From: an uncultured Bacilli bacterium
GTDB taxonomy: Bacteria > Bacillota_I > Bacilli_A > RF39 > UBA660
Length of the DNA: 47,435 nucleotides
Reading direction: 5' to 3'
Assembly: GCA_947589165.1 (NCBI GenBank)
Contig: CANQCH010000001.1
Coordinates: 1 to 47,435, forward strand
In this document: positions 28,266-36,764 of the stretch, piece after piece
Layout: each line of letters begins with the position of its first letter
Numbering within the stretch: the stretch's first letter is position 1
The notes under the pieces: model-generated
Told to the model about the DNA's origin: nothing
Database searches by the model: none
The model's input: only the letters and a program-made list of their open reading frames with translations
Program-made: the position numbers and the translations under genes

Positions 28266-29239
28266 AAATAAGTATTATTGGAACTGGCATTTACGGTGTC
28301 GCTTTAGCGCACGAAATGGCCAAAAATAATCAAAATGAAATCTGGATGTGGTCCGAAAATCCTGATTATGTTAAAGAATATCAAAAAAATGGGCAAATTA
28401 AGGCCATATACAAACAAAAATGGGCTAATAATATTCATGTTACTAATGATTACTTTGAGTCCTTAAATGGCGCTAAAATCGTCTTTTTAGTTAGTGCTTC
28501 TAAATATATTGATATTATTTGCCAAAATATTAAACCATTTATTAAGAAAAATATGGCCATTTGCATTGCTTCTAAAGGTATTGAAGAAAGTACCGAAGAA
28601 TTACTTTCTAATGTGGTTATGAAAAATATCCATACCCAAAATATTGCCGTCATTTCGGGACCAACTTTTGCTACTGATATGCTTGCCGGTAATCCAGTAG
28701 CTCTGGCCATTGCTTCATCTAAAAAATGGGTTGAACAATTAATTCGCCAAGCTTTAACCAATGAAACCCTTAAACTACGTTCCAGTAAAGATATGATTGG
28801 CATTCAATTATGTGGAGCCACAAAAAACTGTCTAGCGATCGCTTCAGGAATTCTTTATGGTTTAGGTTATACCGAATCAACACAAGCCTTTCTGATTAAT
28901 GAAGCCCTTCATGATATGAAACAAATTATTGCAAGTTTGGGTGGTAAACCCAAAACGATTCTTTCTTTCGCGGGCGTGGGTGATATCATGCTTACTTGCA
29001 TGAGTCAAAAAAGCCGCAATTTTTCTTTTGGTTATGTTATTGGTAAAACTCACAATCCTGATAAAATCAAAGCTTACTTAAGTGAAAATACGGTTGAAGG
29101 TTATTATACCTTAGATGTTATTTATAAATTATTAAAACATAAAAATATTAATATTCCTTTAATTGATACTATTTATAATATTGTCTATAATGATGATGAT
29201 CCGAAAAAACTAGCGACATTTTTAATCACGAAAAAATAA
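28262..29239 (+). CDS. gpsA: NAD(P)H-dependent glycerol-3-phosphate dehydrogenase
   Basis: N-terminal Rossmann motif IIGTGIYG. GPTFA and G..KN motifs. ATGA overlap with rarA. Confidence 0.9.
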   Translation: MKISIIGTGIYGVALAHEMAKNNQNEIWMWSENPDYVKEYQKNGQIKAIYKQKWANNIHVTNDYFESLNGAKIVFLVSASKYIDIICQNIKPFIKKNMAICIASKGIEESTEELLSNVVMKNIHTQNIAVISGPTFATDMLAGNPVALAIASSKKWVEQLIRQALTNETLKLRSSKDMIGIQLCGATKNCLAIASGILYGLGYTESTQAFLINEALHDMKQIIASLGGKPKTILSFAGVGDIMLTCMSQKSRNFSFGYVIGKTHNPDKIKAYLSENTVEGYYTLDVIYKLLKHKNINIPLIDTIYNIVYNDDDPKKLATFLITKK

Positions 29240-29262
29240 AAGGTTTCCCCTTTTATTTTTTT
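29238..29262. terminator. gpsA terminator, possibly bidirectional
   Basis: AAAAGG-tttcc-CCTTTT followed by ATTTTTTT. On the minus strand the same hairpin is followed by ATTTTTT. Confidence 0.55.
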
Positions 29263-29266
29263 CTGC

Positions 29267-29448
29267 AAAAAAAAATCCAAAGGTAAGTCTATTCTTGATA
29301 AAATCCCGCGCTCGGCAGGTGGGCATCACATGAATTACTTTAGGATCCTTTCGACACTTAATGGGAAAGTATTCTACACCATAACTCAATTAGATTCCCG
29401 TATATTTATCATAGTCGGTTTTATATAAAATAAACTTATCCCTCAGAC
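29267..29448 (-). ncRNA. Candidate structured small RNA of about 180 nt, rod-like fold compatible with 6S RNA
   Basis: It has its own promoter (29455..29483) and ends in a U9 run (29267..29275). By hand, the 5' end GUCUGAGGG-A-UAAGUUUAUUUU-AU-AUAAAACCG pairs with the 3' end CGG-GA-UUUUAU-C-AAGAAUAGACUUA-CCUUUGGAU. That is about 30 bp including G-U pairs. The helix encloses unpaired stretches of about 16 and 12 nt, then inner helices GGGAAUC/GAUGCCC and GAAUACUUU/AAAGUAAUUC. No convincing ORF is present on this strand. Confidence 0.45.
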
Positions 29449-29454
29449 AATATA

Positions 29455-29483
29455 ATTATATCAAATATTAAGTTTAGCTTCAA
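29455..29483 (-). promoter_or_regulatory. Strong sigma-A-type promoter driving the candidate sRNA
   Basis: Minus strand reads TTGAAG (29483..29478), a 17-nt spacer, then TGATATAAT (extended -10, TATAAT at 29460..29455). Confidence 0.6.
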
Positions 29484-29488
29484 CTACT

Positions 29489-30292
29489 TTACTCTTTTAC
29501 CTGTAAAGTTAACACTGATGCTAAATCAGTATATATATTTAAAGCGTTATAATCATTTAAGGCTTTATTTACATTGGCTACCCACGTAGGACTTGCGATC
29601 TTTTTTCCTTCGCTTGTAATAACCGGATTATAGACGCGGCCGATCGCCTCTACTGTTGTTAATCCTTTACCAAAATAATTTTCACTTAGTAATTTAATAT
29701 ATTTTAAAATTCCGTATTCTATCGTTCGATATTTAATTAATTTACCCTTACTCATACCGCCAAAAATATTATTACATTTTAACATATAAGAAGAACGATA
29801 ACCAGATTCTATTTTCGCTATAGCACTTGCAATATTAAAATCGACATTAGAATAAATTTGCGTATAATAACTAATTAAACTAATCATATATTCTTTCGAT
29901 ACCGTTTTATTTTGAACATTATAGTTAAATAAACTTTTATCATTTTGTTCAAGATCAAATAAATAATCAATTAATAGTTTATCAAAATTAGGCGTATTTA
30001 ATAAATCTAAAGAATCAGCTTGTTCTTTTAATAAATTCCTTAAAGTAACTTTATCAATGCGAAAAGCTTCCGCATAAAAATTAATAGTTTCATCCTTTTC
30101 TTCTAAAAATAAGTCTACTTTCTCTATATAACTTAATTCTAAATTATTATTAACTTTTATTGCTTCATAATTTAAATCTTTAGTTTTAGACATTAAGTTT
30201 TTAACATGCGGATATTCAATTAACATCCAGATACTTAAAGCAATTAAAACGATAATTAATCCTTTTCGATTTTTCAGGACATACTCTTTCAT
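29489..30292 (-). CDS. Membrane-anchored protein with a C-terminal glucosaminidase (LytD/FlgJ-type, PF01832-like) domain
   Basis: One N-terminal TM segment (LIIVLIALSIWMLI). The C-terminus has IAKIESGYRSSYMLKCNNIFGG...YRTIEYGILKYIKLL, typical of mannosyl-glycoprotein endo-beta-N-acetylglucosaminidase domains. The start is set at ATG 30292, downstream of the putative promoter. The ORF track starts at 30346. Confidence 0.7.
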   Translation of the reverse strand: MKEYVLKNRKGLIIVLIALSIWMLIEYPHVKNLMSKTKDLNYEAIKVNNNLELSYIEKVDLFLEEKDETINFYAEAFRIDKVTLRNLLKEQADSLDLLNTPNFDKLLIDYLFDLEQNDKSLFNYNVQNKTVSKEYMISLISYYTQIYSNVDFNIASAIAKIESGYRSSYMLKCNNIFGGMSKGKLIKYRTIEYGILKYIKLLSENYFGKGLTTVEAIGRVYNPVITSEGKKIASPTWVANVNKALNDYNALNIYTDLASVLTLQVKE

Positions 30293-30334
30293 AAATGGAA
30301 AAATTCCACCTCTTCTTTTTACAGAATGGTTACT

Positions 30335-30363
30335 ATTATACCGCATAAGGCCAAAAAAAGCAA
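30335..30363 (-). promoter_or_regulatory. Putative promoter of the glucosaminidase-domain gene
   Basis: Minus strand reads TTGCTT (30363..30358), a 17-nt spacer, then TATAAT (30340..30335). Confidence 0.45.
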
Positions 30364-30366
30364 ATT

Positions 30367-30388
30367 AAAAGCCCCGAAGGACTTTTTT
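30367..30388 (-). terminator. Hairpin downstream of the HerA-like gene
   Basis: Minus strand reads AAAAGUCC-UUCG-GGGCUUUU, then AAUUUGCUUUUUUU. It starts 9 nt after the HerA-like stop codon. Confidence 0.5.
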
Positions 30389-30396
30389 AGCTTATT

Positions 30397-32214
30397 TTAA
30401 ATTGTTGTTTGACCAGCAAAATTGGCTCCGGTTGGAACCGTCGGAGAAACATTATTACCTGTACTAGCCATCTTCCAACAAGATGAAACATCACAGTTAG
30501 TACTATATGGTAACGGATTTGGTAATTCTAATTTCACAATCATCGGAATTTTAAAAGCCCCACCAAAGCAAACACAATTACCTGGTTGTAAAACCTTTTG
30601 TTTATCTAAAATATCCGCGGAAATATTTGGTAACATTTCTTCGATATATTTGATATCTAACGGATGGGTCATTTTAAAAATAAGGAAATTATTACATTGG
30701 GCAATAACCGTATCTGATATTTCGACTGGTCTTTGACTAATTATATCTAAAATTACGCCATATTTCCGGCCTTCTTTGGCAATTCGATCAAAGATATTAT
30801 AACCAATTAAGAAAGTATCATTATCTTTTTGAATATACCGATGGGCTTCTTCTAAGAATAAATGGAATGGAATAGATGCTCTTTTTTCACAAGCTTTCGC
30901 AAATTCAAATAACATCCGAGAAAAGATTTTTACAATTACTTTAGCATAAACATCGTCGACATCTTCTAAATTAATATTAATTATTTGCGCTTTTTTCCCA
31001 TTATTCATGACTAAAGAATTAATATAATCTTTTACGGTAATCCCTTGACTTACAAAATATTTATTTAAAGGACTATTAATGATGGAAGCTAACCGCACCT
31101 TTAAGATAACAGCATCATCGTGGGCACTAGCATTATGTTGGAAGCCTTCGCTAATTAATGTAAATTCTAAGGCATTGGCCAAGGCTTTTAAATCATAACA
31201 AGCATCATTTGGTACCGCCATGGTTTCAATATCATCATTTATATGTTTTAAAATATAATCTGTAATTAAAACGGATTCCCCAAAATTACCATTAGAATCG
31301 ATTTCAAAACATTCACTTAAGCTACGGGTATAACCTAAACCTTGAATTGTCGAATCAAAATTAAAATCTTTGGTATGACAAACTTCTAAAATCGTAAATA
31401 TTTCATTTTTCTTATTCGAAATCGTTTCACTACTAAACAAAACAGCTAGCATGGCTTTAGCAATTAAATGGTTTTTATAACTTTCCGTTTCAGGCGTATT
31501 AACGGCAAATATTTTAGCTAATTTAAGCGTATTTTCTAAGATTGGTAATTGAGAATGACTACTAGCTTGTAGTAATAAGGCAATATCATCAAGTGTAAGT
31601 AAATTCACCGGTATTTGTAATAAAACATCACTTGGATCAACGGGATTAGTTGTAATAAATTTATAACTATAACTCGGATTTATTTCATTTAATTTGCCAA
31701 AAGCATTTTTATATTCGCCATATGCATCAAAAATAAATAAATTGGCATTAAATTGGACCGCTAATTCATTGCTAAAAATATTTTGAACAATCCGCGCGAC
31801 CCCACACGATTTACCAGAACCAGAGTTTCCAAAAATAGCTAAATGGTTAGAAAATAAATCATTGACATTAGGACATAACTTAAAACCTTTATAAATGGCA
31901 CTTTCGCCTAAAACAAAAGTCTTTTCGTTATAACTACCAATTAAAAGTAATAATTCATTACTATTTATAACCCGAATTTTACTACTTAATAAAGGTTTCC
32001 GTAAAACCCCATTAACATACCGGTTATCCAAAAATTCGCCTAAAAAGCGCACTTTAATTTCTTTATCATTTATTTCGGTAATTTCGCCTAAAATCCGTTG
32101 GGTATTTTCTTCAAAAACGATATGTAAATTCATTAAATCATTAGCTGCCGTGGCACCGCCTAAATTTTCAATATGGGCTACCGAATCATTAATATATGTT
32201 ATTCGTCCAAACAT
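30397..32214 (-). CDS. HerA/DUF87-family (FtsK-HerA superfamily) P-loop ATPase
   Basis: N-terminal beta-rich HAS-barrel-like segment (GRITYINDSVAHIEN...GEITEINDKEIKVRFLGE). Walker A GNSGSGKS at 31807..31830. Also IFDAYGEY, IININLEDV, Walker B HLFLEEAHRY, and GRKYGVILDIISQRPVEISDTVIAQCNNFLIFKMTHPLD. 605 aa, with no TM segment. Confidence 0.85.
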   Translation of the reverse strand: MFGRITYINDSVAHIENLGGATAANDLMNLHIVFEENTQRILGEITEINDKEIKVRFLGEFLDNRYVNGVLRKPLLSSKIRVINSNELLLLIGSYNEKTFVLGESAIYKGFKLCPNVNDLFSNHLAIFGNSGSGKSCGVARIVQNIFSNELAVQFNANLFIFDAYGEYKNAFGKLNEINPSYSYKFITTNPVDPSDVLLQIPVNLLTLDDIALLLQASSHSQLPILENTLKLAKIFAVNTPETESYKNHLIAKAMLAVLFSSETISNKKNEIFTILEVCHTKDFNFDSTIQGLGYTRSLSECFEIDSNGNFGESVLITDYILKHINDDIETMAVPNDACYDLKALANALEFTLISEGFQHNASAHDDAVILKVRLASIINSPLNKYFVSQGITVKDYINSLVMNNGKKAQIININLEDVDDVYAKVIVKIFSRMLFEFAKACEKRASIPFHLFLEEAHRYIQKDNDTFLIGYNIFDRIAKEGRKYGVILDIISQRPVEISDTVIAQCNNFLIFKMTHPLDIKYIEEMLPNISADILDKQKVLQPGNCVCFGGAFKIPMIVKLELPNPLPYSTNCDVSSCWKMASTGNNVSPTVPTGANFAGQTTI

Positions 32215-32215
32215 A

Positions 32216-32659
32216 TTACCTCACCTCTTTATATTCATGTTTAATTTGGTTAAAATTTTTAATTATATTTTTCTCAATGGGAATTAAATTAATTAGAACT
32301 TTATTACTTTCCTTTAGATCTTGATTTACTTGATAATTAATATTTACTATTTCCCCTACCCTAATTTCTACTTTTAAAATTTCTAAGTTTTTGTTGTAAG
32401 GAATAAAATCAACAATATAGTCTTTAGTTTGAAAATCACGTGGTTTTAATTTTCCCCAAAGATGATACTTAGCTAAAAAGTCTGTGTATGTGGCATAATT
32501 TGAAAGGAAAATTGGTTCATACTCTAAATTAGCCTTTTTTTCCATTAGGGCAATAGTTATATCATTATGATGAAAATATAAAGCCCAACTCGCAACTAGC
32601 AAAATAAGAAGAAAAACGATGCCAATAATTAATCCCGTCACTGTTTTGCCATTTTTCAT
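32216..32659 (-). CDS. Single-pass membrane protein of unknown function (cassette gene B)
   Basis: The ATG at 32659 overlaps the upstream TGA (ATGA). Its TAA at 32218..32216 lies 1 nt before the HerA-like ATG, with GAGGTGAGG inside its 3' end. TM segment: VTGLIIGIVFLLILLVASWALYF. Confidence 0.65.
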   Translation of the reverse strand: MKNGKTVTGLIIGIVFLLILLVASWALYFHHNDITIALMEKKANLEYEPIFLSNYATYTDFLAKYHLWGKLKPRDFQTKDYIVDFIPYNKNLEILKVEIRVGEIVNINYQVNQDLKESNKVLINLIPIEKNIIKNFNQIKHEYKEVR

Positions 32660-33414
32660 GAAGTAATTCTTTCTGTGCTTTGCCAACGATAAGTATTATT
32701 ATTAATAATAAGTTTACTTTGGTATTTATTAATTACCGTTTTATATTTAGCTAAAATATAATCGGTAACCGCATAATTTTTCCGGTCTTGATCCGTAAAA
32801 GTTGCTATTTTATTTTGATATTGGGAATCATCATAGATAGTATATATTTTTTCGTTATTAGTCTCTGCAATTGTATAAAAAATAACATCTTCATTTAAAA
32901 AATAATCATCATCAATAATGTTTAATTTGGTAATTCTTCTGGCTAAAGAATAAGTTAACCCGTGGTAAGCATTCGCTGTGCAATCATAATTTGCCTTTTC
33001 ATTAAAGGTACAATTAACAACGCCATCAACATTAAAACTTTTATTGGTAATAAATAAATTGCCACCATATAAACGAGTAATATAAGTATTAAAACTATTT
33101 TGATTTTTCACCGTAGTATGATCATACGCTATTTTTAAAAATATTTCTGTCGTAATTTGGGCATTGGTAATTTTTTCCTTTTGGTAGGCTGTCGTATATT
33201 TTAAATCATTGGTATTTACAAAAGGAATGATTTCTTGTAGACGTTTAGCAATAGCATTATCTTGATCGGTTATTTCGATATTAACAGGAGCTTGAGGAAT
33301 AATAATATTCCGGCCAACCTTGGTATAAAATAAAAAACAAAACAGAAATAAGAAAATCATTAAAATTAATATAAACGTAACGTTTTTCTGTACTTTTAAT
33401 AAATTTTTCTTCAT
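32656..33414 (-). CDS. Single-pass membrane-anchored extracytoplasmic protein of unknown function (cassette gene A)
   Basis: GAGGG RBS. Basic N-terminus plus TM segment (VTFILILMIFLFLFCFLFY). C-terminal KL.....YRW.S motif. A TGATATACT extended -10 element lies upstream. Confidence 0.65.
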   Translation of the reverse strand: MKKNLLKVQKNVTFILILMIFLFLFCFLFYTKVGRNIIIPQAPVNIEITDQDNAIAKRLQEIIPFVNTNDLKYTTAYQKEKITNAQITTEIFLKIAYDHTTVKNQNSFNTYITRLYGGNLFITNKSFNVDGVVNCTFNEKANYDCTANAYHGLTYSLARRITKLNIIDDDYFLNEDVIFYTIAETNNEKIYTIYDDSQYQNKIATFTDQDRKNYAVTDYILAKYKTVINKYQSKLIINNNTYRWQSTERITS

Positions 33415-33485
33415 ACTAACCCTCTTCTTCTATTCTAAAAATAGTATATCATAATATTAAAAAGAAGAAAATAAAAAGAAGAAAA

Positions 33486-34922
33486 TTATTGCATTTCTTC
33501 TAATAAATTTTTTAAAATATCTTTCGTTAAAATCGGATTAGCTTTACCTCTAGTTTCTTTCATGACTTGACCAACAAAGAAATCAAATAAATTACTCCGA
33601 CCATTTAAATAAGCCTTAACTTCATTCGGATTATTTTGTAAAATATCTCGAATTAAGTTCATCAAAGTCGTCTCATCAGAAATTTGACTATCTTCAGCTT
33701 TTAAAAAGGTTTTAATTTCTTTTTCTTCCTGAAGAACTTGTTTAAATATTTCTTTAGCTTGCTTAGATGAAATCGTTCCTTCTTTAATTAAAGTAAGTAA
33801 TTCTTTTAATCGCTTGGGGGTTAAATAGATCTCTTTAATGGTTTTATTAGTTTGATTTAAATAACCCATGATTTGGGTCGTTAGCCAATTACTAGCCATT
33901 TTAGCATCAAGATCCAATTTTAAACATTCTTCAAAATAATCCGCGATGTCTTTATCTTTAATTATCGTGGCAATTTCCGACTTTGTTAAATTATATTTTT
34001 CCGCATATAATTTTTCGCGTTCTAAAGGTAACATCGGAATTGTTTTTTTTATTTTCGCTATCCAAGTAGCATCAAGATGAAATTTAGGAATATTAGGTTC
34101 TACAAAATATTTATAATCAATGGCATCGACTTTACTCCGCATTCTTTTGGTAGTTCCTGTTTCTTCGTCAAAACGGCGGGTTTCTTGTTCAACTTCCGCA
34201 TAACGCCCTTCTCTTTTTAACGTACTTTGCCGTTTAATTTCGTATTCGATGGCTTCAACGATATTAAGAAAACCATTAATATTTTTAACTTCGACTTTCG
34301 TACCTAAAGTATTGCTTCCTTTATCGCGAATCGATATATTAGCATCACAGCGAATTTGCCCCTTTTTTAAATCGGCTTCGGAAACATCACAATATTGGTA
34401 AACTAAGCGCATATATTCCAAAAAAGCTAAAACTTCCGCCGAACTATGAAAACAAGGTTCGGTAACTAATTCCAATAATGGTACACCTGCGCGATTATAA
34501 TCTATTAAGGATACATCAAAATAATGGCTTAAGCTCGCACTATCTTCTTCGAGATGAATATCATGAATCTTCACCGTTTTTATTTTATCATCAACTAAAA
34601 TATCAATTTGGCCATTAGTCCCAATGGGATCAGTATTTTGGGTAATTTGATAGCCTTTTGGTAAATCCGGATAATAATAATTTTTCCGATCAAAATACAA
34701 ATATTCGGGAATTTGACAATTTAATACTAAAGCCACTTTTAAGGCATCTTGGACACATTTGCGATTAACTTCTGGTAAAATCCCGGGAAAAGCTAAATCA
34801 ATTGGATGAACATTAGCATTGGCTAATTCATTAAAATTATTCGGTGCCGGCGAAAATACTTTCGAATTACTTTTTAATTCGCAGTGCATTTCAATCCCAA
34901 TTACAGCTTCGTAATCATTCAT
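33486..34922 (-). CDS. gatB: Asp-tRNA(Asn)/Glu-tRNA(Gln) amidotransferase subunit B
   Basis: YE.VIGIE.H..L and the full GatB/YqeY architecture, 478 aa. ATGA overlap with gatA. Confidence 0.95.
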   Translation of the reverse strand: MNDYEAVIGIEMHCELKSNSKVFSPAPNNFNELANANVHPIDLAFPGILPEVNRKCVQDALKVALVLNCQIPEYLYFDRKNYYYPDLPKGYQITQNTDPIGTNGQIDILVDDKIKTVKIHDIHLEEDSASLSHYFDVSLIDYNRAGVPLLELVTEPCFHSSAEVLAFLEYMRLVYQYCDVSEADLKKGQIRCDANISIRDKGSNTLGTKVEVKNINGFLNIVEAIEYEIKRQSTLKREGRYAEVEQETRRFDEETGTTKRMRSKVDAIDYKYFVEPNIPKFHLDATWIAKIKKTIPMLPLEREKLYAEKYNLTKSEIATIIKDKDIADYFEECLKLDLDAKMASNWLTTQIMGYLNQTNKTIKEIYLTPKRLKELLTLIKEGTISSKQAKEIFKQVLQEEKEIKTFLKAEDSQISDETTLMNLIRDILQNNPNEVKAYLNGRSNLFDFFVGQVMKETRGKANPILTKDILKNLLEEMQ

Positions 34923-36379
34923 TTTCTTACCTCCCCGGCAATCATATTGGCATAGTTCATTTTTTGTTCTAAAGCATAGGCAATATTTAAAACATTAGCA
35001 TCATCGTAACAATTACCGGTAATATTAACCCCAACCGGTAAATTATTTATAAAACCATTGGGAATGGTAATTGATGGAAATCCGCCAAAATTACCAATTT
35101 GCAAATGTTCTTCCAAAATTTCAGTATCTTCACTTAAAAGATCTTCGGCGCCATCTAAATGTTTGGCAGGTCCACTTCCCACTGGGAGAATAACCCCATC
35201 ATAAGTAGCAAATAAGTTTTTCCAAGCATCAACGAGTAACCGTCGAACTCTTTGGGCATTTTTGAAATATTTTTCTTGATTTTCTTTTTGTAAAACATAA
35301 GAACCGATGACAAACCGTCTTTTAATAAGTGGAGAAAATCCTTTAGTCCGATGATCTTTCATCATAGCATTAATATTTTCCCCTTCGCCGCGGGGGCCAA
35401 AAATAATTCCGGTTAAATTAGATAAATTACTAGTTGCTTCCGCATAAGATAAGATTATATATACGGCCGGTTCGACCGCTAGCAAATTTTTATCAATACT
35501 AACTTCATCAACAATCATCCCCAGATCCCGACAAATTTTTATTGTTTGGGCAAAATTAGTTAAATGCGCTTTTAATTCATTTGTCGCTTTCGGATAATTA
35601 CTAATATCACAAATTTCTTTAATATAACACAATTTTTTTCCTTTTACATCGCCATTTAAACTAGCTTGTAAATGCACATTTTGGGAATCCCAAGAAGTCA
35701 TATCATGGGGATCTTTACCTTTCATATTATCCATTACAATCGCAGCATCCATGACAGAACGAGTTAAAACTCCACAGTGATCTAAACTAGAAGCATAAGG
35801 AAATAAACCATAACGGGAAACTAAACCATAAGTCGGTTTATAGCCAACAATGCCACAATAGGCGGCAGGTTTCCGAATCGAATCACCAGTATCAGATCCT
35901 AAAGCATAAGGATAACAACCGGCTGCTACCGCTGCCGCTGAACCAGCTGATGAACCAGCACACATCCGATCTTGAGCCCAGGGATTACGAATAATTCCTG
36001 TATGAGCTGTCGTCCCTGTACCACCCATGCCAAATTCATCCAAAGCAGTTTTATTTACCATAATAGCTCCAGCATTAGTTAAATTTTTTACCGCCGTAGC
36101 ATCAAATATTGGCACATAATCTTTTAAAGTATTACTTGAACCCGTCGACAAAACGCCTTTTGTCGCATAGTTATCTTTAACTCCGTAAGGAATTCCCGAT
36201 AATAAATTATCCGTCACTTCTCTTCCTTTTGCTTCATCTAAAATAGTCACGAAAGCATTACATTTTTCTTCTATTTCGTGGGATTTTGTTAAAGACTCTT
36301 GGACCAACTCTTGACTTGTAACCTCGCCCTTTTTTAAGGCTTCATGAATTTCTACAATACTTTTATTCATGTACGTCAT
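34919..36379 (-). CDS. gatA: Amidotransferase subunit A (amidase signature)
   Basis: Amidase signature GGSSAGSAAAVAAG-like (GSSAGSAAAVAAG) and DTGDSIR. Confidence 0.95.
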   Translation of the reverse strand: MTYMNKSIVEIHEALKKGEVTSQELVQESLTKSHEIEEKCNAFVTILDEAKGREVTDNLLSGIPYGVKDNYATKGVLSTGSSNTLKDYVPIFDATAVKNLTNAGAIMVNKTALDEFGMGGTGTTAHTGIIRNPWAQDRMCAGSSAGSAAAVAAGCYPYALGSDTGDSIRKPAAYCGIVGYKPTYGLVSRYGLFPYASSLDHCGVLTRSVMDAAIVMDNMKGKDPHDMTSWDSQNVHLQASLNGDVKGKKLCYIKEICDISNYPKATNELKAHLTNFAQTIKICRDLGMIVDEVSIDKNLLAVEPAVYIILSYAEATSNLSNLTGIIFGPRGEGENINAMMKDHRTKGFSPLIKRRFVIGSYVLQKENQEKYFKNAQRVRRLLVDAWKNLFATYDGVILPVGSGPAKHLDGAEDLLSEDTEILEEHLQIGNFGGFPSITIPNGFINNLPVGVNITGNCYDDANVLNIAYALEQKMNYANMIAGEVRK

Positions 36380-36677
36380 TTGTATTCACCACCTTTGGTA
36401 CCACAATTTCCCGGTCTTCAAAATCATCACAATTACTTAATACTTCTTCAATTGGTAAACCTTCTACCGCGACATCATCTCTTAATTCTACAGTAAAATC
36501 ATCTAGACAATGTGTCATCGGTTCTACTTTGGAAATATCCTTAATTTCCGTTACTTTATCCATTGTTGCTTCAATAATATCCATTTCTTGTAAAACCATT
36601 TCATTTTCCGTAGGTGTTAAACCAATTAATAATTTATCCGCATAATCGTCAACCATTGCTTTTGTAAATTTACTCAT
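36363..36677 (-). CDS. gatC: Amidotransferase subunit C
   Basis: About 100-aa acidic protein directly upstream of and overlapping gatA. AAGGAAGG RBS. Confidence 0.85.
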   Translation of the reverse strand: MSKFTKAMVDDYADKLLIGLTPTENEMVLQEMDIIEATMDKVTEIKDISKVEPMTHCLDDFTVELRDDVAVEGLPIEEVLSNCDDFEDREIVVPKVVNTNDVHE

Positions 36678-36690
36678 AAAAACCTTCCTT

Positions 36691-36716
36691 AAAAAAAACC
36701 TAGAAATATTCTAGTG
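36691..36716 (-). terminator. Weak intrinsic terminator or attenuator 13 nt upstream of the gatC start
   Basis: Minus strand reads CUAGAA-uau-UUCUAG followed by GUUUUUUUU, then AAGGAAGG and ATG. Confidence 0.5.
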
Positions 36717-36764
36717 TTTTTATTAAATATTCTAATTATAGTTTAACTTTAACTACGATTTTTG

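Noticed and set aside
28450-28803. 117-aa minus-strand ORF inside gpsA. Also 30422..30736 (plus strand, inside the HerA-like gene), 25716..25931 (plus strand, inside zupT), 23666..23863 (inside the PAP2 gene), 46055..46237 (inside the flippase gene), and 2762..2953, 2968..3153, 3654..3842 and 52..246.
   Set aside because: All are antisense shadows of better-supported genes and have no independent translation signals.
29330-29428. Plus-strand 32-codon ORF (MNYFRILSTLNGKVFYTITQLDSRIFIIVGFI). It has an AGGTGGG RBS and a TGATAAAAT -10-like element at 29296..29304, and it is fully antisense to the candidate sRNA. I considered a type I toxin-antitoxin locus.
   Set aside because: The peptide has no clear TM helix or charged tail typical of type I toxins. 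The RBS-like GGTGGG is the complement of a paired G+C-rich segment of the minus-strand RNA. A -10-like hexamer is expected by chance in DNA this AT-rich. I keep it as an alternative to be settled by strand-specific RNA-seq or Ribo-seq.
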